This document shows, piece after piece, positions 30,001 to 41,608 of a stretch of 64,000 nucleotides of DNA. The position numbers and the translations under genes are program-made. Every line of letters starts with the position of its first letter. The first letter of the stretch is position 1. The DNA comes from Nemertoderma westbladi (taxonomy: Eukaryota > Animalia > Xenacoelomorpha): contig JAUCBJ010003501.1 of NCBI GenBank assembly GCA_032718475.1, positions 45,812 through 109,811 on the forward strand. Reading direction: 5' to 3'. The notes under the pieces were generated by a model, which was not told the origin of the DNA, made no database searches, and was given only the letters and a program-made list of their open reading frames with translations.

Positions 30001-33000
30001 GTGTTTTTAGTTCAACACGAGCACAACACAAGTGATAGTGTTTTTAGTGCCACACGAGCACAACACAAGTTATTGTGTTTTTAGTGCCACACGAGCACAA
30101 CACAAGTGATTGTGTTTTTAGTGCCACACGAGCACAACACAAGTGATTGTGTTTTTAGTGCCCCACGAGCACAACACAAGTGATTGTGGTTTTAGTGCCA
30201 CTCGAGCACAACCCAAGTGATTGTGTTTTTAGTGCCCCACGAGCACAACACAAGTGATTGTGTTTTTAGTGCCCCACAAGCCAACACAAGTGATTGTGTT
30301 TTTAGTGCAACACAAGCACAACACCAGTGATTGTGTTTTTAGTGCCCCACGAGCACAACACAAGTGATTGTTTTTTTAGTGCCACACGAGCACAACATAA
30401 GTGATTGTGTTTTAGTGCCTCACGAGAACAACACAAGTGATTGTGTTTTTAGTGCCACACGAGCGCAACACAAGTGATTCTGTTTTAATGCGACACGAGC
30501 GCAACACAAGCGATTGTGTTTTTAGTGCCACACGAGCACAACACAAGTGATTGTGGTTTTAGTGCCACACGAGCACAACACAAGTGATTGTGTTTTTAGT
30601 GCCACACGAGCACAACACAAGTGATTGTGTTTTTAGTGCCCCACGAGCACAACACAATGATTGTGGTTTTAGTGCCACACGAGCACAACACAAGTGATTG
30701 TGTTTTTAGTGCCCCACGAGCACAACACAAGTGATTGTGTTTTTAGTGCTCCACGAGCCAACACAAGTGATTGTGTTTTTAGTGCAACACGAGCACAACA
30801 CAAGTGATTGTGTTTTTACTGCCCCACGAGCACAACACAAGTGATTGTGTTTTAGTGCCACACGAGCACAACAGAAGTGATTGTATTTTTAGTGCGACAC
30901 GAGCACAACACACGCCATTGTGTTTTTAGTGACACACGAGCAAAACACAAGTGATTGTGTTTTTAGTACCCCACAAGCACAACACAAGTAATTGTGTTTT
31001 TAGTGCAACACGAGCCCAACACAAGTGATAGTGTTTTTAGTGCCACACGAGCACAACATAAGTGATTGTGTTTTTAGTGCCACACGAGCACAGCACAAGT
31101 GATTGTGTTTTTAGTGCAACACGAGCACAACACAAGTGATAGTGTTTTTAGTGCCACACGAGCACAACATAAGTGATTGTGTTTTTAGTGCCTCACGAGC
31201 ACAACACAAGTGATTGTGTTTTTAGTGCCCATCAGCACAACACAAGTGATTGTGTTTTTAGTGCCACACGAGCACAACACAAGTGATTGTGGTTTTAGTG
31301 CCACACGAGCACAACACAAGTGATTGTGTTTTTAGTGCCACACGAGCACAACACAAGTGATTGTGTTTTTAGTGCCCCACGAGCACAACACAAGTTATTG
31401 TGTTTTTAGTGCCACACGAGCACAACACAAGTGATTGTGTTTTTAGTTCAACACGAGCACAACACAAGTGATAGTGTTTTTAGTGCCACACGAGCACAAC
31501 ACAAGTTATTGTGTTTTTAGTGCCACACGAGCACAACACAAGTGATTGTGTTTTTAGTGCAACACGAGCACAACACAAGTGATAGTGTTTTTAGTGCCAC
31601 ACGAGCACAACACAAGTTATTGTGTTTTTAGTGCCACACGAGCACAACACAAGTGATTGTGTTTTTAGTGCCACACGAGCACAACACAAGTGATTGTGTT
31701 TTTAGTGCCCCACGAGCACAACACAAGTGATTGTGGTTTTAGTGCCACTCGAGCACAACCCAAGTGATTGTGTTTTTAGTGCCCCACGAGCACAACACAA
31801 GTGATTGTGTTTTTAGTGCCCCACAAGCCAACACAAGTGATTGTGTTTTTAGTGCAACTCGAGCACAACACAAGTGATGGAGTTTTTAGTGCCACACGAG
31901 CACAACACAAGTTAGTATGTTTTTAGTGCCACACGAGCACAACACAAGTGATTGTGTTTTTAGTGCAACACGATCACAACACAAGTGATTGTGTTTTTAG
32001 TGCCACACAAGCACAACACAAGTGATTGTGTTTTTAGTGCCACACGAGCACAACACAAGTGATTGTGGTTTTAGTGCCACACGAGCACAACACAAGTGAT
32101 TGTGTTTTTAGTGCCACACGAGCACAACACAAGTGATTGTGTTTTTAGTGCCCCACGAGCACAACACAATGATTGTGGTTTTAGTGCCACACGAGCACAA
32201 CACAAGTGATTGTGTTTTTAGTGCCCCACGAGCACAACACAAGTGATTGTGTTTTTAGTGCTCCACGAGCCAACACAAGTGATTGTGTTTTTAGCGCAAC
32301 ACGAGCACAACACAAGTGATTGTGTTTTTACTGCCCCACGAGCACAACACAAGTGATTGTGTTTTAGTGCCACACGAGCACAACAGAAGTGATTGTATTT
32401 TTAGTGCGACACGAGCACAACACACGCCATTGTGTTTTTAGTGACACACGAGCAAAACACAAGTGATTGTGTTTTTAGTACCCCACAAGCACAACACAAG
32501 TAATTGTGTTTTTAGTGCGACACGAGCACAACACAATTGATTGTGTTTTTAGTGCCCCACGAGCACAACACAAGTGATTTTTTTTTTAGTGCCCCACGAG
32601 CACAACACAAGTGATTGTATTTTTAGTGCCCCACGAGCACAACACAAGTGAATGTGTTTTTAGTGCCACACGAGCACAGCACAACTGATTATGTTTTTAG
32701 TGCGACACGAGCACAACACATGCATTGTGTTTTTAGTGACACACGAGCAAAACACAAGTGATTGTGTTTTTAGTGCCACACGAGCACAACACAAGTGATA
32801 GTATTTTTAGTGCCACACGAGCACAACACAAGTGATTGTGGTTTTAGTGCCACACGAGCACACAACACAAGTGATTGTGTTTTTAGTGCCACACGAGCAC
32901 AACACAAGTGATTGTTGTTTTATTGCCACACGAGCACAACACAAGTGATTGTGTTTTTAGTGCCACACGAGCACAACACAAGTTATTGTGTTTTTAGTGC

Positions 33001-36000
33001 CCCACGAGCACAACACAAGTGATTGTGGTTTTAGTGCCACTCGAGCACAACACAAGTGATTGTGTTTTTAGTGCAACACGAGCACAACACAAGTGATAGT
33101 GTTTTTAGTGCCACACGAGCACAGCACAAGTGGTTGTGTTTTTAGTGCAACACGAGCACAACACAAGTGATAGTGTTTTTAGTGCCACACGAGCACAGCA
33201 CAAGTGGTTGTGTTTTTAGTGCAACACGAGCACAACACAAGTGATAGTGTTTTTAGTGCCACACGAGCACAGCACAAGTGATTGTGTTTTTAGTGCAACA
33301 CGATCACAACACAAGTGATTGTGTTTTTAGTGCCACACGAGCACAACACAAGTGATTGTGTTTTTAGTGCCACACGAGCACAACACAAGTGATTGTGGTT
33401 TTAGTGCCACACGAGCACAACACAAGTGATTGTGTTTTTAGTGCCACACGAGCACAACACAAGTGATTGTGTTTTTAGTGCCCCACGAGCACAACACAAG
33501 TTATTGTGTTTTTAGTGCCACACGAGCACAACACAAGTGATTGTGTTTTTAGTTCAACACGAGCACAACACAAGTGATAGTGTTTTTAGTGCCACACGAG
33601 CACAACACAAGTTATTGTGTTTTTAGTGCCACACGAGCACAACAAAAGTGATTGTGTTTTTAGTGCCACACGAGCACAACACAAGTGATTGTGTTTTTAG
33701 TGCCCCACGAGCACAACACAAGTGATTGTGGTTTTAGTGCCACTCGAGCACAACCCAAGTGATTGTGTTTTTAGTGCCCCACGAGCACAACACAAGTGAT
33801 TGTGTTTTTAGTGCCCCACAAGCCAACACAAGTGATTGTGTTTTTAGTGCAACACAAGCACAACACCAGTGATTGTGTTTTTAGTGCCCCACGAGCACAA
33901 CACAAGTGATTGTTTTTTTAGTGCCACACGAGCACAACATAAGTGATTGTGTTTTAGTGCCTCACGAGAACAACACAAGTGATTGTGTTTTTAGTGCCAC
34001 ACGAGCGCAACACAAGTGATTCTGTTTTAATGCGACACGAGCGCAACACAAGCGATTGTGTTTTTAGTGCCACACGAGCACAACACAAGTGATTGTGGTT
34101 TTAGTGCCACACGAGCACAACACAAGTGATTGTGTTTTTAGTGCCACACGAGCACAACACAAGTGATTGTGTTTTTAGTGCCCCACGAGCACAACACAAT
34201 GATTGTGGTTTTAGTGCCACACGAGCACAACACAAGTGATTGTGTTTTTAGTGCCCCACGAGCCAACACAAGTGATTGTGTTTTTAGTGCAACACGAGCA
34301 CAACACAAGTGATTGTGTTTTTACTGCCCCACGAGCACAACACAAGTGATTGTGTTTTAGTGCCACACGAGCACAACAGAAGTGATTGTATTTTTAGTGC
34401 GACACGAGCACAACACACGCCATTGTGTTTTTAGTGACACACGAGCAAAACACAAGTGATTGTGTTTTTAGTACCCCACAAGCACAACACAAGTAATTGT
34501 GTTTTTAGTGCAACACGAGCCCAACACAAGTGATAGTGTTTTTAGTGCCACACGAGCACAACATAAGTGATTGTGTTTTTAGTGCCACACGAGCACAGCA
34601 CAAGTGATTGTGTTTTTAGTGCAACACGAGCACAACACAAGTGATAGTGTTTTTAGTGCCACACGAGCACAACATAAGTGATTGTGTTTTTAGTGCCTCA
34701 CGAGCACAACACAAGTGATTGTGTTTTTAGTGCCCATCAGCACAACACAAGTGATTGTGTTTTTAGTGCCACACGAGCACAACACAAGTGATTGTGGTTT
34801 TTTTGTGCCACACGAGCACAACATAAGTGATTGTGTTTTAGTGCCTCACGAGAACAACACAAGTGATTGTGTTTTTAGTGCCACACGAGCGCAACACAAG
34901 TGATTCTGTTTTAATGCGACACGAGCGCAACACAAGCGATTGTGTTTTTAGTGCCACACGAGCACAACACAAGTTATTGTGTTTTTAGTGCCACACGAGC
35001 ACAACACAAGTGATTGTGTTTTTAGTGCAACACGAGCACAACACAAGTGATGGAGTTTTTAGTGCCACACGAGCACAACACAAGTTAGTATGTTTTTAGT
35101 GCCACACGAGCACAACACAAGTGATTGTGTTTTTAGTGCAACACGATCACAACACAAGTGATTGTGTTTTTAGTGCCACACGAGCACAACACAAGTGATT
35201 GTGTTTTTAGTGCCACACGAGCACAACACAAGTGATTGTGGTTTTAGTGCCACACGAGCACAACACAAGTGATTGTGGTTTTAGTGCCCCACGAGCACAA
35301 CACAATGATTGTGGTTTTAGTGCCACACGAGCACAACACAAGTGATTGTGTTTTTAGTGCCCCACGAGCACAACACAAGTGATTGTGTTTTTAGTGCTCC
35401 ACGAGCCAACACAAGTGATTGTGTTTTTAGTGCAACACGAGCACAACACAAGTGATTGTGTTTTTACTGCCCCACGAGCACAACACAAGTGATTGTGTTT
35501 TAGTGCCACACGAGCACAACAGAAGTGATTGTATTTTTAGTGCGACACGAGCACAACACACGCCATTGTGTTTTTAGTGACACACGAGCAAAACACAAGT
35601 GATTGTGTTTTTAGTACCCCACAAGCACAACACAAGTAATTGTGTTTTTAGTGCGACACGAGCACAACACAATTGATTGTGTTTTTAGTGCCCCACGAGC
35701 ACAACACAAGTGATTTTTTTTTTTTAGTGCCCCACGAGCACAACACAAGTGATTGTGTTTTTAGTGCCCCATCAGCACAACACAAGTGATTGTGTTTTTA
35801 GTGCCACACGAGCACAGCACAACTGATTGTGTTTTTAGTGCGACACGAGCACAACACAAGTGATTGTGTTTTTAGTGCCCCACGAGCCAACACAAGTGAT
35901 TGTGTTTTTAGTGCGACACGAGCACAACACAAGCGATTGTGGTTTTAGTGCCACACGAGCAAAACACAAGTCATTGTGTTTTTAGTACCCCACGAGCACA

Positions 36001-36586
36001 ACACAAGTAATTGTGTTTTTAGTGCGACACGAGCACAACACAAGTGATTGTGTTTTTAGTGCCCCACGAGCACAACACAAGTGATTGTGTTTTAAGTGCC
36101 CCACGAGCACAACACAAGTGATTGTGTTTTTAGTGCCACACGAGCACAACACACAACACAACTGATTGTGTTTTTAATACCACACGAGCACAACACAAGT
36201 GATTGTGTTTTTAGTGCCCCACGAGCACAACACAAGTGATTGTGTTTTTAGTGCCACACGAGCGCAACACAAGTGATTGTGTTTTTAGTGCCCCACGAGC
36301 ACAACACAACTGATTGTGTTTTTAGTGCCACACGAGCACAACACAAGTGATTGTGTTTTTAGTGCCACACGAGCACAACACAAGCGATTGTGTTTTTAGT
36401 GCCCCACGTGCACAACACAAGTGATTGTGGTTTTAGTGCCACATGAGCACAACACAAGTGATTGTGTTTTTAGTGCGACACGAGCACAACACAAGTGATT
36501 GTGTTTTTAGTGAAACACGTGCACAACACAAGTGATTGTGTTTTTAGTGCAACACGAGCACAATACAAGTTATTGTGTTTTTAGTG
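1..36586. repeat. 37-bp satellite DNA array (~990 monomers, open at window start), consensus GTGTTTTTAGTGCCACACGAGCACAACACAAGTGATT
   Basis: Head-to-tail 37-bp monomer from base 1 to ~36586 with recurring point variants (GCCC/GCAA/GCGA, GATAGT, GTTATT etc.) and no unique spacers. Ends abruptly at ...TTAGTG 36586. Confidence 0.99.
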
Positions 36587-36616
36587 AACTCGCTTATATA
36601 AATTTCTTGTTATTAA

Positions 36617-36633
36617 GGGGGGACATCACACCT
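36617..36633 (+). repeat. Left terminal inverted repeat (17 bp)
   Basis: GGGGGGACATCACACCT is the exact reverse complement of 40020-40036. Confidence 0.95.
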
Positions 36634-37725
36634 TGAAGTGTACTTTGTGTGTCCGAACTTACATCACATGTAACTTTTGAATGGCTCTACACCTGGCAAC
36701 AATTTATGGTTCATTTTAATAACAAAACACTAAATTTAAAAAAAAAAAAATTTTTTTCACCTAATTATGATAATTAGATGTTAATGAGCCGTCTTAATTA
36801 GCATAATGTATTATAAACCAGTTAAAAATATAATTCACTACTACTACTGTATTTTTAAACGAATTTCGTAAATTCCTTTTACATTAGTTTTATAATTTCA
36901 TGGACTGTTATTTGAATTACCAAAATTTTTTTTTTCACTCTGGGTACAAAGATATGACGTCATCAAGTCTCAAAGATTCAATTTTTCGTTTTTTACTGAC
37001 AAAAAAGCTTATAACTTTGTATCAACGTCAAATATCAAAATTTTGGTAATTCATATTAAAGCTTGAATGTTTGGCTACAAGATGCCGAAAACAGAATCAA
37101 AATCCATCCAGCGGTTCAAAAGTAGTAGCAACAAACGTGCAAAAAAATTATTTTTTTGAAAATCTGAGAAAAACGGCTTTAATTAAAATTTTTTTTAAAT
37201 TACAAACAAAGTTGTAGAGTCAGTCTGTCTGTTTGTATGATATTTGTTTCTAACTTCTAACTCGAGTACCACAAAACGAATGATGCTGAAACTTCGCATG
37301 GAGACACATATCGCCCTGAAATCAAACCAGTATGCAATAATTTTTTTATTTATTTATAACTAATATAGTTATAATTAAAAAGGTAATAAATTTCGCTATT
37401 TAAGAAAACTATTGGTCCTATGGGAAAATGATGAATTTGAAAGTTGTAGAGAAACATCAACTTAGAGAAAGGGTGAATTAAAATTTTGTTGCAAAGCCCG
37501 TGTTTCTGAGCTATAGTAAATAAAAAAAATTCAAATTAGTGGGGGCCTTCGCGCAGCACGTCTTTTGCAAAATAAATGTATAGTTGCAGTGCAGGATTCG
37601 CGGTTAGTATGATAATAATTGCAATAATTATAATGAAGCACAGGGAGAAATATAGAAAAATTGTAAGAATTTGTTCTAAAATAAAATGAAAATATGAAAA
37701 ATGTTCTAAACGAAATCAGAATTAA

Positions 37726-39507
37726 TTAGAATGCTCCGCCTTGATAAGTGGAAGTGTCCTTGGCAACTTTAGCTTTCTTTGACGGCTTGATTGTAAGACT
37801 TTTGGCTACACGTTTTCGATCTCTTTGTCTACAAGATCGTAAAAGGGCTAGTCCAGGATTTAGATTGATGGCATTGGCTATAATCATTGTGGTTGAAGCA
37901 CCTCGATTGTGGATCAGGGCTGTATAGTAAGCATGGAAAGAGAGAGTTGATAGCCCTTGGAACTTGTCCTTTCCAATACGACCCCATAGGCGGCTGTGTA
38001 TGGATTCGTTCTGGTTTTGGGTCAAACCTGGCAGACAACGCTTTATTAGTTCAGGGTCTGTTAACCTATCGTACACCGGCATTATGAACTGGTGCCACTC
38101 AGGTTTGATGAAATGTTTGTTCTTATAGCTGGGGTCCTTCTTCTTGAATTTGCACCAAGTTTCAGGGCAAAACTTATGTTGCTTCCGGGGATCTTTATAG
38201 TTCGTGTAGTGATGGATGGCTGCTTTGATATCTGTGGTAATGGTTTTTATCAGATTGGTCAGGGCAGAATCGGATAGTTCTTTATAGTTTACATTAGCGA
38301 CATGGGAAACGATTGTATTCCGGTAAAAGCTGCTAAGCTTATATATGTTCTTCTGTGTCAAACCACCAACACCTCCAAGTTTTTTAGCTTGCCGAACATT
38401 CTCCAGGCCATGAGTAACTCTTTTAGCAACGTAATTGATGCATTCAAATTTCTCCACAGGATAATCATCACCATATGGGGCATTGTCTCGCAATGTTGCA
38501 AAAACTGAACTATCGCCGTCGCTGAGAAGCTCTTTGTATCTCAACTTATGGTATTGGATTGAACGGCCCCACATTTGTTGAGCTGCGAATGTCTCCATAG
38601 CTGCACTAGTACCGGTGAAGTTTACTGAACAGTTATGCTGTGGAACTTTCTTTGAACTGCCAAATTGACGGCAAGTATAGCATGACTTGGAGACCACAAA
38701 TGTGTCGAGTACAGCACCAGATAGTGTAGACATGACGTAAGCAACACAGTAGAGGGAAGTATGGCCACGCTTTTGCCATGTTGCATCGAAAGTAACTGCA
38801 ACATTATATATAGTGGCTGGTGTTGAAAATTCGTCATCAGCAGCCATTAGTAACCAGAGCTTCCGGCCCTCATTATTGCTGTTACCAATAGATAACCTTT
38901 TCGTTGCATCAGCTACAGTACGAACCAGAACCCTCCAGCGACTATCATGGACTGGTTTTAGACACTCCATAACTTCCGAGAATATTGTAGCATAATTACG
39001 GGTACCCCCCATAATTAGGAAAGTCAATACAGAACGCAAATTAATGATGCGAGCTGAATCATTAGAATTGTTAGCTGTCGCATTTTCAAAGTTGTATGCC
39101 AGTTTACAGTGATGACAGCGCAGATGTAGTGAAAAATAAAACCCACGAGTTAGCACTGGCTCGATTAATAAGTTTCCTTGACAGTTATGGGAATGAACTG
39201 CCACAATACAGTTTCTGAATGCCTCATACTCTATGATTCTATTGCCATCATACAGTTTAGAAGTTGGCGCAGACGTATTCTCACCTGTCATTCCCAAACG
39301 ATCAGTTGTGAAACTACGGTGTTTCTTCTTTTTGCTAACATTACCGCTGCTACACAAACCGCTATCTACTTTACTTTGCCCCCCAGATGAAGTGGAAATT
39401 ACAGTATCTTTTCCATTATCGGTAGAAGAATCTCCTTTCTTGCAAATATCTGCATATCGGGTACCCTTGAATTCCTTGGAACGCGCCTGACGTGACCGGC
39501 GGGGCAT
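37726..39507 (-). CDS. DDE transposase, 593 aa (Kolobok / 'Mutator-like transposase' type), intronless
   Basis: Uninterrupted ORF inside the TIRs. Motifs: TFD(241)ATWQKRGHTS, LSD(330)GDS, EC(356)INY(359)VAKR (CxxH position), TQNQNE(501)SIH. Cys/His clusters LRCHHC, SCYTC..HNC and HKFC..WC, and basic N- and C-termini. Confidence 0.9.
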   Translation of the reverse strand: MPRRSRQARSKEFKGTRYADICKKGDSSTDNGKDTVISTSSGGQSKVDSGLCSSGNVSKKKKHRSFTTDRLGMTGENTSAPTSKLYDGNRIIEYEAFRNCIVAVHSHNCQGNLLIEPVLTRGFYFSLHLRCHHCKLAYNFENATANNSNDSARIINLRSVLTFLIMGGTRNYATIFSEVMECLKPVHDSRWRVLVRTVADATKRLSIGNSNNEGRKLWLLMAADDEFSTPATIYNVAVTFDATWQKRGHTSLYCVAYVMSTLSGAVLDTFVVSKSCYTCRQFGSSKKVPQHNCSVNFTGTSAAMETFAAQQMWGRSIQYHKLRYKELLSDGDSSVFATLRDNAPYGDDYPVEKFECINYVAKRVTHGLENVRQAKKLGGVGGLTQKNIYKLSSFYRNTIVSHVANVNYKELSDSALTNLIKTITTDIKAAIHHYTNYKDPRKQHKFCPETWCKFKKKDPSYKNKHFIKPEWHQFIMPVYDRLTDPELIKRCLPGLTQNQNESIHSRLWGRIGKDKFQGLSTLSFHAYYTALIHNRGASTTMIIANAINLNPGLALLRSCRQRDRKRVAKSLTIKPSKKAKVAKDTSTYQGGAF

Positions 39508-40019
39508 AACAGTAAACTTTCACAATACAGCAATATAGCAGTATAGGCTAGGCCTACTCTAGCTAGGTTACAAACATACAACAATAAACTTTACTTAATT
39601 AATAATCAACAAAACAATAGGGATCTCTAGCAAACAGTGTAGATTACTGTACAATTAGAAATTTGCTAGGCTTACAGGCTTATATTGTTATATGATTTAC
39701 ACTACAGCAGTTGTGCTGGAATTCATTTACACTGCACAGGCTGACAGTCTCGATTAACCACTTTAAATTTCCCGCCCTTAAGTAGGCCTACTCTTCATAA
39801 CCACTGTACTGTATGATATGAAGTTGCGTAAATGTACAGTACAAATTCATGTAAAAAATGTTAAAATTTGGCCAAAATTTCCAAAAAACGTGTCCGGTTA
39901 AACCTGTCTTATCTTAAAAACTATAAAAGCTAATAAAAAACGGGTTTCGTATTTGGAATCAGCGTAAAATTTTGAACAAAAATATGAAAAAAAAATTTTT
40001 TTGAAGAAAAAAAAATTTC

Positions 40020-40036
40020 AGGTGTGATGTCCCCCC
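40020..40036 (-). repeat. Right terminal inverted repeat (17 bp)
   Basis: AGGTGTGATGTCCCCCC followed by TTAA. Confidence 0.95.
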
Positions 40037-40369
40037 TTAAATCTAATTGCCCCCCCCCCCCCCCCTCCCCTCTTTCTTTGATTGTCCTCTTTCAGAACTA
40101 TTCCAATTATAAAAAATACTCAAGTTGATTCCCACCTTATTATTGTTAGTGTTAGTTAGTAAGTTAGTACTACGGGGGGGTGCTGACTCTAGATTACGAC
40201 TCTTAAAACATCATATAGTCTATTATAGACAAATCTATTCTAGATTGAAACATAAATTTATTTGCGAATTAGGCCTTGCGCTCACAATACATGCCTAGCA
40301 CTCACAATACATGCCTATAAAATTCTCAGAATTGCCACTAGGTGATGCTGAGCATGGGATAGTCCATTG

Positions 40370-40580
40370 TTGTTATACTCATTGGCTAGAGTAGGGAGGG
40401 TGGGAGGAGGCTCAATTTTCTAGCCCAGGACGCCATATTCGCTTTCCACCAATAGGAAGGCATAAGTATCTTAGTGAAGCTATAGTCTGAAGCTTTTGAT
40501 TGGCTTTACTAAATTCATGCCAATTCCGTGGAGTTTAAAGTTACAGATACTGTCAATGTGCCAATGTAGAATTGGTTTGG
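40370..40580 (+). promoter_or_regulatory. Candidate proximal promoter of the BCL11-like gene
   Basis: Cluster of CCAAT/ATTGG boxes (~40381, 40449, 40499, 40520, 40561, 40571), a G-rich GGGAGGGTGGGAGGAGG tract (~40394) and a YY1-like CGCCATATT (~40431), 150-350 bp upstream of the ATG. Motif-based inference only. Confidence 0.4.
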
Positions 40581-40725
40581 TTAGTCACTGCTGAGGCTGT
40601 TGTTTTTTCTCTGTTGTTATAATTATTTTTTAATTGTGATTGCGCCTTCCCGTATTAACTAAATGGTAAAAACGGAAATCCATTGACTGAGTAGTGAGTG
40701 TAATTTTATTAGATTGTGGTCAACG

Positions 40726-40810
40726 ATGTTGGAAACTGGAACTCAAAAAAGCACCAGAAAGCAAGCGAATCCTAAACAAAAACGATCTATCCTAAATGGA
40801 CTGGAAACAG
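40726..40810 (+). CDS. BCL11: BCL11-like zinc-finger gene, coding exon 1 (MLETGTQKSTRKQANPKQKRSILNGLET)
   Basis: ATG at 40726 and strong donor CAG|GTATGT at 40811, phase 1 matching exon 2. STRKQANPKQ resembles the MSRRKQxxP NuRD/RBBP4-binding motif of BCL11/SALL/FOG. Too short for the ORF track. Confidence 0.75.
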
Positions 40811-41608
40811 GTATGTATCTCTCTCCGCTACGCGAATTAGAATGATTTCTGTGTCAAACTATTATTTTACCAACTTTCTAAAATGATATACAATGAAAGT
40901 GAAATTCTTCAGCTTCAATAGGCTGGAACTACTGTATTTGAGTAACTGTATAATGTTATGTATTCAGGTACTAAGCACACAATACAGCAATAAGCTACTC
41001 CTACCTAACTCTACCTCTGCGCTCTGTCATATGCAATTATGTTGATATGTCATAGTAGTACATCAGTACAGTAGTCTAATAATTTGTGGACATTTTTCCT
41101 AGTACTACTAGGCCTATTGTCCAGCCTTTAACATATACTTGTATTTTCTATTACGCACCGGTATTACCGCGTACCGGTAGGCTCTATATTATTATAGATA
41201 ACATTACGATTGAACGTCATGTGTGTACCGGTATTGTAATTGCAGGCCGAGATCTAACTGATTTTTTCTTAATTTAAACAGCTGTTGACTGTTACTGTTA
41301 GTATTATTATTATGTAGTATGGCTACTTACTACTATATATCACCTTAAGATAGGCTACATAGCGGTGTGGTTGTGATTATTATTTGTTTTGATGAGGTGC
41401 CGGTATGTTATTCATTATATGAAAATATACTATATATGCCTACAATATAATTATTACATATGATTGAAACTCAGTTATTTTATAGAGATCCGGAGAGGTT
41501 AATGTACCTCATTACTATTATACTATAAACTATGCGCTTATGTTTGTGTTGTATCTCATGTTCGATGTCATATACTGTACAGTATCGGCATGTTGGTTAT
41601 GAATCTGT

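Larger units (their letters stand above)
36617..40036 (-). mobile_element. Full-length 3420-bp cut-and-paste DNA transposon with TTAA TSD, probably Kolobok superfamily
   Basis: Left end TTAA(36613-36616)|GGGGGGACATCACACCT; right end AGGTGTGATGTCCCCCC|TTAA(40037-40040). This gives a perfect 17-bp TIR, GG..CC termini and a TTAA duplication around a single transposase ORF with AT-rich subterminal regions. TTAA plus RR..YY termini is the established Kolobok signature (piggyBac ends are typically CC..GG). Subfamily assignment is inference. Confidence 0.9.

Noticed and set aside
441-34903. Three 62-aa ORFs (441, 11775, 34715)
   Set aside because: Chance translations of satellite monomers with GTG starts.
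1-36586. CRISPR array (37-bp palindromic repeat)
   Set aside because: Monomers are directly adjacent with no unique spacers, there are no cas genes, and the context is eukaryotic with spliceosomal introns.
37829-39584. Short ORFs overlapping the transposase as a KolX-like second gene
   Set aside because: 60-85 aa alternative-frame or antisense shadows with no recognisable motifs.
36613-40040. piggyBac assignment based on TTAA
   Set aside because: Termini are GG..CC rather than CC..GG, and the protein has DxTW/DGDS/NES (DDE) motifs rather than the piggyBac DDD core with a C-terminal cysteine-rich domain.
40050-40075. Poly-C tracts here and at ~56576-56604 as functional G-quadruplex elements
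   Set aside because: Simple homopolymers with no supporting context.
40279-40317. Direct repeat CTCACAATACATGCCTA x2 (also small repeats at ~43189-43245 and 54389-54412)
   Set aside because: Local micro-duplications with no intervening element, so not TSDs.
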